A DNA stretch of 64,000 nucleotides. Origin: an uncultured Fibrobacteria bacterium (lineage in GTDB: Bacteria > Fibrobacterota > Fibrobacteria > UBA11236). The DNA lies in contig OY970309.1 in assembly GCA_963716395.1 (NCBI GenBank), positions 3,392,001-3,456,000 of the forward strand, in the 5' to 3' direction. A program made the translations under genes and the position numbers. The notes under the pieces were generated by a model. It was given only the letters and a program-made list of their open reading frames with translations, made no database searches and was not told the DNA's origin. Position 1 is the first letter of the stretch. Every line of letters starts with the position of its first letter. Of the stretch, positions 9,240 to 17,184 are shown piece by piece.

Positions 9240-10322
9240 ATGTCCGTTTCTCCAAACCCGCCCGCATGGCAGCGCCAGTGGCAAGACGCGTTTCGCGATC
9301 CGGCGGCGCTGCTGGAATTTTTGCAGTTGGACGCGCACCGGGCTCCCGTGGTTTTGGCGCGGAAACAAGACTTTGCGCTGCGCGTACCGCGCAGTTATGC
9401 CGCGCGCATGCGGCGCGGCGACTGGAACGATCCGTTGCTCCGCCAGGTTTTGCCGCTGCATGCCGAAGGCGAACGCCGGGAAGGCTTCGCGGCCGACGCC
9501 GTCGGGGATGGCCCGGCGCAGAACACGCCCGGCCTCTTGCGTAAATATCACGGCCGGGCCCTGTTGCTGCTGAGCGGCGAATGCGCCGTGCATTGCCGCT
9601 ACTGCTTCCGCCGGGAATTTCCCTATGCCGACCTTCCGGCGGCGCAGGCGGAATGGGAAAAAATTTACGCCCGCTTGGCGGCCGACCCGGACCTCGAGGA
9701 AATTCTTTTTTCCGGCGGCGATCCGCTGGCGCTTTCCGACGCCCGGTTGCGCTGGCATTGGGAGCGGGCCGCCGCCTTGCCGCAGGTGCGGCGCATCCGC
9801 ATCCACACGCGGGTGCCCGTCGTGCTGCCGGCGCGCCTCGACGCCGGCTTTCTCGCCCTGGCCTCCGACCTGGCCGCACGGCGTGCGTTGTTCTTCGTGG
9901 TGCACGTCAACCACGCCCGGGAGATCGATGCCGAATTGGAAGGGCGGTTGCGCGCGTTGCGCGCCGTCGGCGCTGTGCTGCTCAACCAAGCCGTGCTGCT
10001 GCGCGGGGTCAACGATACCATCGATGCGCAAGCCGATTTGGCCCAACGCCTGCTCGACGCCGGCGTGCTCCCCTATTACCTGCATCAATTGGATCGGGTG
10101 TGGGGCGCACACCATTTCGAAGTGCCCGAGACCGAAGGGTTGCGCATTCTCGCAGCGCTGCGGGAGCGCCTGCCGGGGTATGCCGTGCCGCGTTATGTGC
10201 GCGAGGTGGCGGGAGAAGCCTCCAAGGTGCCGATTACGGCCGGCGCGGATCGCCCGTACCTTCCGGCTCCGGAGCTTCAGGCGTCGACACGGCGCACGCC
10301 CACTCTGCTTAACTTATCGTGA
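9240..10322 (+). CDS. epmB: EF-P beta-lysylation protein EpmB (lysine 2,3-aminomutase-like radical SAM)
   Basis: CAVHCRYCFRR radical-SAM motif, DPLLRQVLP, SGGDPL, PYYLHQLDRV; divergent from efp. Confidence 0.93.
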   Translation: MSVSPNPPAWQRQWQDAFRDPAALLEFLQLDAHRAPVVLARKQDFALRVPRSYAARMRRGDWNDPLLRQVLPLHAEGERREGFAADAVGDGPAQNTPGLLRKYHGRALLLLSGECAVHCRYCFRREFPYADLPAAQAEWEKIYARLAADPDLEEILFSGGDPLALSDARLRWHWERAAALPQVRRIRIHTRVPVVLPARLDAGFLALASDLAARRALFFVVHVNHAREIDAELEGRLRALRAVGAVLLNQAVLLRGVNDTIDAQADLAQRLLDAGVLPYYLHQLDRVWGAHHFEVPETEGLRILAALRERLPGYAVPRYVREVAGEASKVPITAGADRPYLPAPELQASTRRTPTLLNLS

Positions 10323-12058
10323 TAGCGCCGCCTTAACCAGCGGTTGATTTCATCGGCGGTGGTGAGGCGCATGACCTCCTGCGAGCATTCGCGCGCCTCC
10401 TCGAAACTTAGGTTGCGAATCAAACGTTTGATTTCGAGCAAGGCGCCCGGGTTCATGGAAAGTTCGTCGATGCCCATGCCGATGAACACGATGGCCGAAT
10501 AGGGATTGGACGCCATCTCGCCACAAATGCCGACCGGAATGCCATGCGCGCGGCCGATATTCACCACGCTCTGAATCTGCCGGAACACGGCCGGGCTTTG
10601 GGGTTCAAACAGATCGGCGACGCGTTCGTTGGCGCGGTCCACCGCCAGGGTGAACTGCACCAGGTCATTGGTGCCGATGCTGAAGAAATCGACCTCGCGG
10701 GCCAGATCGCCGGCAATGAGCACGGCCGAGGGCACTTCGATCATGCACCCGATGGGCATGGCGGGATCGAAGCCGACGCCTTGGGCGCGCAATTCGGATC
10801 GCACCAACTCGACCAAGGCGCTGGCTTCGCGCAATTCCCGCAGATTGCTGATCATGGGAAACATCAGGCGTACATTGCCTAAAATGCTGGCCCGCAGCAC
10901 GGCCCGCAACTGCGTCTTGAAAATGTCGGGATTGCGCAGGCACATTCGGATCGAGCGCCAGCCCATGTAGGGATTGCGTTCGCCGCTGACGCGCAGCGCC
11001 GGCACCAGCTTGTCGCCGCCCGCGTCCAGGGTGCGGATGGTCACCGGGCGCGGGGCCATGCGCTCGGCCAGATACCGGTAGGCGGTGAATTGTTCCTCTT
11101 CGCTGGGAATGTCCTCGCGCGTCAGGAACAGGAATTCGGAGCGGTACAACCCCACCCCGTCGGCGCCGTATTCCAGCACGTTTTCGATCTCCACCGGCAA
11201 CTCGATATTGGCCGCCAGTTCGATATACTTCCCGTCCTGCGTCACCGGGTCGAGATCGCGCAGGCTGGAGAGTTCCTGCTCCTCGGCCAAATCGGCGGTG
11301 TGCTTGAGTTCGTATTCCTTGATGTCGCGCAACGAAGGGTTCAGGATGACGGTTCCGGCATTGCCGTCGACGATCACGTTTTGGCCGGACTCGATGCGGA
11401 GTTCATTCCAGTGGATTCCGGATACCGCCGGGATTTCCAGGGAGCGCGCCAAAATGGCCACATGCGACGTATGTCCCCCGACTTCGATGATGAGGCCCAA
11501 GGTGTTGCGGCGTTTGAACTGGGAGAGTTCCGACGGCATGAGATTGCGCGACAACACGATGACCGGCGTTTCCAGATCGGGGGTGGTATGCACGTTTTCG
11601 GCCAGCATCAGCACGTCGACCACGCGCGTGGCCACGTCGCGCAAATCGTTGCGGTGCTCTTTGAGAAAGCCCCCGGCGGCGACGCCGAAGCGATCGGTCA
11701 GCAATTCCATCTGGCGGTGGTAGGCATATTCGGCGTTGTACAGGTTTTCGCGGATATCGCGCAGAACCCCGGCCAGAATTTCTTCGTCGCGCAGCAGCAA
11801 AATATGGCTTTCGAAAATACGCGCTTCGTAATCCCCCACCTCTTCGCGGATGCGGATTTGCAAAGCCTGGATTTCCTTTTGGGCGCGATCCAGGGCCCGG
11901 CGCAGTCGCGCGATCTCGGCTTCAACCTTTTCGGGTGGGATGAGCCGCTTGACCACTTCACGCTGTTCGGGGTGAAACAAATACGCCGGCCCCATGGCGA
12001 TGCCCGGAGATACCGCCGCACCCCGCAGCAAGGTGCGCGGATGCGTGGATCCGTTCAC
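10277..12058 (-). CDS. ptsI: PEP-protein phosphotransferase (PTS enzyme I)
   Basis: GGHTSHVAILAR phospho-His, GVGLYRSEF, RTLDAGGDK, SIGTNDLVQF, GICGEMA. Confidence 0.96.
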   Translation of the reverse strand: MNGSTHPRTLLRGAAVSPGIAMGPAYLFHPEQREVVKRLIPPEKVEAEIARLRRALDRAQKEIQALQIRIREEVGDYEARIFESHILLLRDEEILAGVLRDIRENLYNAEYAYHRQMELLTDRFGVAAGGFLKEHRNDLRDVATRVVDVLMLAENVHTTPDLETPVIVLSRNLMPSELSQFKRRNTLGLIIEVGGHTSHVAILARSLEIPAVSGIHWNELRIESGQNVIVDGNAGTVILNPSLRDIKEYELKHTADLAEEQELSSLRDLDPVTQDGKYIELAANIELPVEIENVLEYGADGVGLYRSEFLFLTREDIPSEEEQFTAYRYLAERMAPRPVTIRTLDAGGDKLVPALRVSGERNPYMGWRSIRMCLRNPDIFKTQLRAVLRASILGNVRLMFPMISNLRELREASALVELVRSELRAQGVGFDPAMPIGCMIEVPSAVLIAGDLAREVDFFSIGTNDLVQFTLAVDRANERVADLFEPQSPAVFRQIQSVVNIGRAHGIPVGICGEMASNPYSAIVFIGMGIDELSMNPGALLEIKRLIRNLSFEEARECSQEVMRLTTADEINRWLRRRYHDKLSRVGVRRVDA

Positions 12059-12097
12059 CGCCCCTCCGACGCGCCGTCGCGGCAGGGGACGGCCGCC

Positions 12098-12364
12098 TCA
12101 TTCATGGCGAAAGCGTCCGGCGAAAAGTTGATCCAGGGCATCGAGCGCTTCGACTTCGTCTTCGCCTTCGGCTTCGACCCGCACCGTGGCTCCGCACTCG
12201 GCGGCCAGGAGCATGATGTTCATGATGCTTTTGGCGTTGGCGCGCATGCCGTCTTTGAGAAAGCTGATATCGCTGCGAAAGCGGCAGCAGGTTTCCACGA
12301 TCAGCGCCGCGGGACGGGCGTGGATGCCCGATTCGTTCAGGACTTTAAGCTCCTTGCTGACCAT
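12098..12364 (-). CDS. ptsH: Phosphocarrier protein HPr
   Basis: GIHARPAA (His15) and NAKSIMNIM (Ser46); ATG at 12364 gives 88 aa. Confidence 0.95.
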   Translation of the reverse strand: MVSKELKVLNESGIHARPAALIVETCCRFRSDISFLKDGMRANAKSIMNIMLLAAECGATVRVEAEGEDEVEALDALDQLFAGRFRHE

Positions 12365-14477
12365 CTCCCATCTCCTCCCGCAACGCCACCCGCAGACGGG
12401 CTTCGACTTCGGCACCTTCGGACAAGACCATCTCCCACACCGGGGCCACCACCGTGCCCTGGTAGACGCGCTCGTACCCGCCCTCGCTCTGGCTGACGGT
12501 TTCGATGGCGTCGCGCCAAAAAGCCGCGGCCTCGGGCGCTTCGACGCTGCAGCACAATCGCAGCCACTCGTCGGTCAATTCCACCTTCGTCACGCCCGGC
12601 ATTTCGGCCCGGCTCGCAAGGATGTCGCGCTGCTCCGACCCGGCGGACCGCCAAGATACATACCGATCCGGAGCGTTTCCGGCCAGCAGGCAGAACAGGG
12701 TTTCGGCCACGAAGCGAAAGCGCACGTCGCCGCCGCGGCAACGGATATTCCAGGTCACGCTCAGCGAACCGCCGTCCCGGGCCAACGCATAGGTTTTACG
12801 GAGGAGAAGCGCGCCGCCTGGGGAAAAATCCGCCTGCCCCTCGAAGCGCACGGTGAACGCCGCGGCTTCAGGCAGCAGCACCGCGGGGCCGAAAACGCAT
12901 TCGGCCAAGGGGGCGAAATCCTGGCGGCGATAGGCTTCGAAATCCACCGTCGACGGCAGTATCCATTCCGAAAACGCCGTGCGCAGGCGCCGGTCGTAAA
13001 TCAAATAGCCGGCCAGTCCCGCTTCTTTGGAACCGATCTGATTTTCGAGTTTAGTTCCGCCTTCGGGTCCCGAGGCGACGAAGGCGTGGTAGGCCTCGCG
13101 TCGGCGCGTCAGGGTATCGCACAGGTTGATGCCGGTCCGCTTCAGCCACCATTGATCCACGCCGCCGTCGGCGGTGAAGGCCAACAGATGCCCGCCGGTG
13201 TGCAAAAGGAATTCCTTCCGGCCGTCGAAGTTCCAGTCGCTTTCTTCCCAGGCATGGGGCGCGCCGCCCAATTGCAGGGGATCGATGAGTTTTTGCGCGG
13301 CGATCAGATGCCGGTACACGGCAAAGCGCAGATGCGGCAAATACAGGCCGCCGAACACACCATGCCAATAGGCGCAATTGCATTGGGCTTGCCAGAGGTG
13401 ATCGCGCGTAGCGCTTTGTAGGTCGCGGGCTGCGGAGGCCCCGGTCGGCTCCGCAAGGGCGGTCTGGTCGAGGAATCGGGTCAGGCGCAGACCCTGCTTG
13501 TGCATGCGGTTGCTTTCGGGGTATTTCGCCAAAAAGTTGCGCCAGAAAGGTGCCGCGCAGAAAACGCTCGGCATCTTCGCGCCGGCCAGACTCTTCCAGC
13601 CAATGCCGCAGGGCGCGGAAACGCGGAATGTCACCGGGTCCTGCGCCCAGACCATCATCTCTTGGTACGAGGCGGGCGGCAGGTAGACGAGTCCCAAAGA
13701 GCGCGCCGATTCCAGCCCGCTGCGCAGAGGTAGCAGGGCGAAGGTTTCGGGTTCGGCTTCGATGGCGGAGAAAAAGCGATCAAGCCAGCCATGGGTGTAC
13801 ACGGTCGCGAAAGTCTGCGGCCAGTCGCCGAATTTTTCGCCATCGTCGCCGAATACGATTTGCACGCGGGGCTCCGTGTTGCGGGCCCGCAACGAGGCGA
13901 TCACCTCTTCCACACTGTGGAAGGGAATCGTATCGCGAATCACATCGTGTATGGGAAATAATTTCAGCGCATGTCCCTGGTCTTCGGTTTCGAAATAGCC
14001 GTCGAGATCGGCGTCGGTTTTGCCCACCATTTTGAAATGGCTGCCGTCGAGCACCACGTACTCGATGCCGCAGCGGGCGATGGGCGCGGCCAGCGACGGC
14101 TCCCACACGCGTTCGGCCAGCCACATGCCGCGCGGGGCGGAGCCGAAGAGCTGCTCCACGCGCGCGCTCAGCTTGGCGATTTGGCCCTCTTTGTCGCCGT
14201 CGGTCAGCATGGGCAGAATGGGCTCATAGTAGCCGCCGCCGAGAATCTCGACCTGGCCGGCCGCGCACAGTTCCCGCACGGCCCGCAGGTATTCCGGGTG
14301 GTTTTGCTCCAGCCAGTCGAGCAGAATCCCGGAGTAATGCAGACTCAGGCGGATGCCGGGGTGCACGCGCAGCACGTCGAGAAAGGGGCGGTAGGCCTGG
14401 TCATAGGCGCGCGCAAAAATGAAATCGAAATTGCCGACGGGCTGGTGGTTGTGGACGGCCCAGAGGAGGTGGATCAT
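12345..14477 (-). CDS. GH57 alpha-amylase / 4-alpha-glucanotransferase (DUF1925/DUF1926 type)
   Basis: HNHQPVGNFD, GMWLAERVWEP (nucleophile Glu), FGDDGEKFG, WRNFLAKYPESN, AQCNCAYWHGVFGGLYLPHLR, ETVSQSEGGYERVYQG. About 30 internal codons appear to be in the wrong frame (see findings). Confidence 0.92.
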   Translation of the reverse strand: MIHLLWAVHNHQPVGNFDFIFARAYDQAYRPFLDVLRVHPGIRLSLHYSGILLDWLEQNHPEYLRAVRELCAAGQVEILGGGYYEPILPMLTDGDKEGQIAKLSARVEQLFGSAPRGMWLAERVWEPSLAAPIARCGIEYVVLDGSHFKMVGKTDADLDGYFETEDQGHALKLFPIHDVIRDTIPFHSVEEVIASLRARNTEPRVQIVFGDDGEKFGDWPQTFATVYTHGWLDRFFSAIEAEPETFALLPLRSGLESARSLGLVYLPPASYQEMMVWAQDPVTFRVSAPCGIGWKSLAGAKMPSVFCAAPFWRNFLAKYPESNRMHKQGLRLTRFLDQTALAEPTGASAARDLQSATRDHLWQAQCNCAYWHGVFGGLYLPHLRFAVYRHLIAAQKLIDPLQLGGAPHAWEESDWNFDGRKEFLLHTGGHLLAFTADGGVDQWWLKRTGINLCDTLTRRREAYHAFVASGPEGGTKLENQIGSKEAGLAGYLIYDRRLRTAFSEWILPSTVDFEAYRRQDFAPLAECVFGPAVLLPEAAAFTVRFEGQADFSPGGALLLRKTYALARDGGSLSVTWNIRCRGGDVRFRFVAETLFCLLAGNAPDRYVSWRSAGSEQRDILASRAEMPGVTKVELTDEWLRLCCSVEAPEAAAFWRDAIETVSQSEGGYERVYQGTVVAPVWEMVLSEGAEVEARLRVALREEMGDGQQGA

Positions 14478-14494
14478 GACGATGGGGTTCCGGG

Positions 14495-14543
14495 AAATTT
14501 CAAATTGCGGATATCAAATTGCAAAATTCAAAATGAAATATTC
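14495..14543. repeat. Degenerate AT-rich heptamer tandem repeat (7 x ~AAATTNC)
   Basis: aaatttc aaattgc ggatatc aaattgc aaaattc aaaatga aatattc, in the mlaD-GH57 spacer. Confidence 0.65.
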
Positions 14544-14616
14544 GGGTGGCCGGGTTCGGCGCCGTCGGCGGAGCAGATGGCGCGCGTTGGACTGTGAAAA
14601 TCGTAGCCGGGCGTGC

Positions 14617-15522
14617 TCAAAACAAATCCAGGTTCACGTTCAGACCTTTTTTGTTCACCGAGCGGAAGAGCGAGTCGGCGCTGCGCAGCGTCGTATGCAA
14701 ATCGTGCTGCAAGGTGGAATCATGCAGCAACGCCCCCAGGGTGCTGTTCTGGGAATTGGCCTGGTTTACGATGGCTTCCAGGCCGGCGGCAACGCGTTCG
14801 CCGCGCACGGCCAGCGATTCGGCGCGCGCGGAAGCCGCCTGGCCATGGTTCAAAATGCTGTCGACCTTCGGCTCCTGGGTGCGCACGAAACCGTCCATTT
14901 CGCGGCTCAGGCTTTGGAAGGTCTGCGCGCCGGCGCGGATTTTCGGATCGACGTTTTTTTCCAGGGCGGACAGTCGACGGCTCAGATCTTCGGTGTTGGT
15001 CAGCAACGAGTTCACTTGTTGGGCGAACTCGGGCCGCCCCACGGTGCTGTCGAGCACCGCGCGCAACTCGCGGACCAGGGTCTCGGCCTCGACGAATACC
15101 TCACCCGCCGCGCCCATGGCTTCGGCGATACCGGCGTCGAGACGCCCGTTCAAAGTTCCGCCCGGCGGCACGACCGCGCCCGAGTCGCCCAGACGGATGC
15201 CGATTTGCCGTTCGCCCATGAGGCCGATGTTCTGAATGCGCACTTCCGAATTCTGCGTGAGGCGGATGCCGCGACGCAACTCGAAGGCAACCTTGACACC
15301 GCGGCCTTGCAACGCAATGGATTTGACCCGGCCCATCTTGACGCCGTTCACTTTGACGGGATCGCCTTCCTGCAGCGTCGACACCTGATCGAATTGGGCA
15401 TAGTAGATGTCGGTTTTGCGGCCGGGCGCGGTCTCTTTCAGATAATAAACCCCGAACAGGAGAATAAAGATCGAAGCCAGGACAAAGGCGCCGACAATGA
15501 TGTTCTGTACGCGGGAACTCAT
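14617..15522 (-). CDS. MlaD/MCE-family protein
   Basis: N-terminal TM (IIVGAFVLASIFILLFGVYYL), MCE core (FDQVSTLQEGDPVKVNGVKMGRVKSI, IGLMGERQI) and a helical C-terminus. Confidence 0.9.
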   Translation of the reverse strand: MSSRVQNIIVGAFVLASIFILLFGVYYLKETAPGRKTDIYYAQFDQVSTLQEGDPVKVNGVKMGRVKSIALQGRGVKVAFELRRGIRLTQNSEVRIQNIGLMGERQIGIRLGDSGAVVPPGGTLNGRLDAGIAEAMGAAGEVFVEAETLVRELRAVLDSTVGRPEFAQQVNSLLTNTEDLSRRLSALEKNVDPKIRAGAQTFQSLSREMDGFVRTQEPKVDSILNHGQAASARAESLAVRGERVAAGLEAIVNQANSQNSTLGALLHDSTLQHDLHTTLRSADSLFRSVNKKGLNVNLDLF

Positions 15523-15613
15523 CGACGATGAACCATCTTCGTGGGAATTATCGCAAATATAACCATCGCTCGGCAGCGGTTTCGCGAAAGAAGCGCGCCG
15601 GGACCCGCGGGAT

Positions 15614-16630
15614 CTATTCGTGTACTTCGGTGGAGAGCCGGGTCAGGTTCTGCTGCCGGCTTTTGTTCTTCATGGTTTCGATGAGCTTTTCGTTGAAGAG
15701 TTTGGCGGCGTCGACCCCGTTCATCTTCAGCAGCATGTTCATGGCGATGACTTCGGAGATCACCGTGATGTTTTTGCCTGGAGAGATGGGAATGACGACC
15801 TTGGACACCGGCATGCCGATGATTTCCGTGGCCAGGGGATCGAGGCCGGTGCGCTCGTAATTCTCGCCTTCGCGCCAGCGCTGCAATTCGACCACCACTT
15901 CGACCTTCTTGGTGTTGCGGATGGCGCGAATGCCGAACAGCTTGCCCACATCGACCACTCCGATGCCGCGGATCTCCATGTGGTGGCCGAGGATCTTGTT
16001 GCCTTTGCCGATGATGGATCGGCCCTTGCGGATGAGATGGACGACGTCGTCGGCCACTAGGCGATGGCCCCGCTCCACCAGGTCGAGCACGCACTCGCTT
16101 TTGCCCACGCCGCTTTCGCCGATGTACAGCATGCCCACGCCGTAGACGTCGACCAAAGAGGCGTGCACGGAACAATACGGGGCGAACCAGTCTTCGAGGA
16201 TATCCTGCACCTCGGTGCAGAAGTCGAGCGTTTCGCGCGCCGTGGAGAGAACGGGCACGTTCTGTTCCAGGCACATCTGCAGCAGTTCGTCATGTGGTCC
16301 GGCGTTGTGGGTGAGCACCCACAGGGGCGAACGAAACACTTTGAGGCGCTGGAAAATCTCGTGGCGTTTTTCGGCTCCCACCGATTCGAGATAGAACCAC
16401 TCGGTGGTGCCGAGTATCTGCACGCGTTGGTAGCTGTAGACTTCGGTAAAGCCGGCCAGCGCCAACCCCGGCCGATGCAGGTTCGATTCGATGATCTCGG
16501 TGGCCAGGGAAGATTCGGGAGTCTTCAGGGTCAGGGACAGGTCTTCCTTGAATTGAAAGAAAAAGTCCCTCACCGGGAGGGACCTTTTGCGGTTGATTTC
16601 CAACCGGCTGAAATCGATGTGATCCGCCAC
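15614..16630 (-). CDS. hprK: HPr(Ser) kinase/phosphorylase
   Basis: HRPGLALAGF, VHASLVDVYGVG, Walker A GESGVGKSE, GHRLVADD, HMEIRGIG. Confidence 0.96.
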   Translation of the reverse strand: MADHIDFSRLEINRKRSLPVRDFFFQFKEDLSLTLKTPESSLATEIIESNLHRPGLALAGFTEVYSYQRVQILGTTEWFYLESVGAEKRHEIFQRLKVFRSPLWVLTHNAGPHDELLQMCLEQNVPVLSTARETLDFCTEVQDILEDWFAPYCSVHASLVDVYGVGMLYIGESGVGKSECVLDLVERGHRLVADDVVHLIRKGRSIIGKGNKILGHHMEIRGIGVVDVGKLFGIRAIRNTKKVEVVVELQRWREGENYERTGLDPLATEIIGMPVSKVVIPISPGKNITVISEVIAMNMLLKMNGVDAAKLFNEKLIETMKNKSRQQNLTRLSTEVHE

Positions 16631-16645
16631 GCGGGGTCTCCGCCC

Positions 16646-16969
16646 TTAAGGCGTCATGGCTTCCGAAATCGGCACGGCCTTGTGGATTTTCAGCTTCTCG
16701 TTTTCCTTTTTGAGCTGGCGTTCGATGCGTTCGAGCATGGTTTCCATGGCCTTGCCCATGTTGTCTTCCTCGGCTTGTGCGCACACCGACTTGTCCAGAA
16801 TCTTCACAATCACTTCGGCCCGCCGGGCGCCGCTCTTTTCATTCGACAGGATCACATGGGCCCCGGTGATGGAATCGTTGAAGCGTTCCAACCGCTCCAA
16901 GCTCTCCTTGAGGCTCGCATGCAATTGCGGTGAGGCGTGAAAGTTACGGGCGGTGATTTGAATCTTCAT
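16646..16969 (-). CDS. hpf: Ribosome hibernation promoting factor (HPF/RaiA, short form)
   Basis: MKIQITARNF..., DNMGKAMETMLERIERQLKK; canonical position after rpoN; GGAG RBS. Confidence 0.9.
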   Translation of the reverse strand: MKIQITARNFHASPQLHASLKESLERLERFNDSITGAHVILSNEKSGARRAEVIVKILDKSVCAQAEEDNMGKAMETMLERIERQLKKENEKLKIHKAVPISEAMTP

Positions 16970-17106
16970 GGGCGTCTCCTTTCCAATCGCGGGCCGCCTT
17001 GACGAACCGGCCGCAGCCGTTGGGATTAATGTATAAAGCGCATCTCAAGAAGTGGGTAGGTGCCGGCTCCGGAATGCGCCACCCGCGCACCCGAATCAGC
17101 GTTTCC

Positions 17107-17135
17107 ATCTTAGCCGCGCGCGGCAAAGCTGTCAA
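17107..17135 (-). promoter_or_regulatory. Sigma70-type promoter upstream of hpf
   Basis: On the minus strand TTGACA-17 nt-TAAGAT, in the rpoN-hpf spacer. Confidence 0.7.
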
Positions 17136-17184
17136 GAGGATTTCCTGGCCAACCTGTCCGTTTCCGGGACGGCGGGCAGAGGCC

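Noticed and set aside
9240-10322. Catabolic lysine 2,3-aminomutase KamA; also the 46-nt convergent overlap with ptsI
   Set aside because: Its length and position beside efp and epmA indicate EpmB. Short convergent 3' overlaps are common and uninformative.
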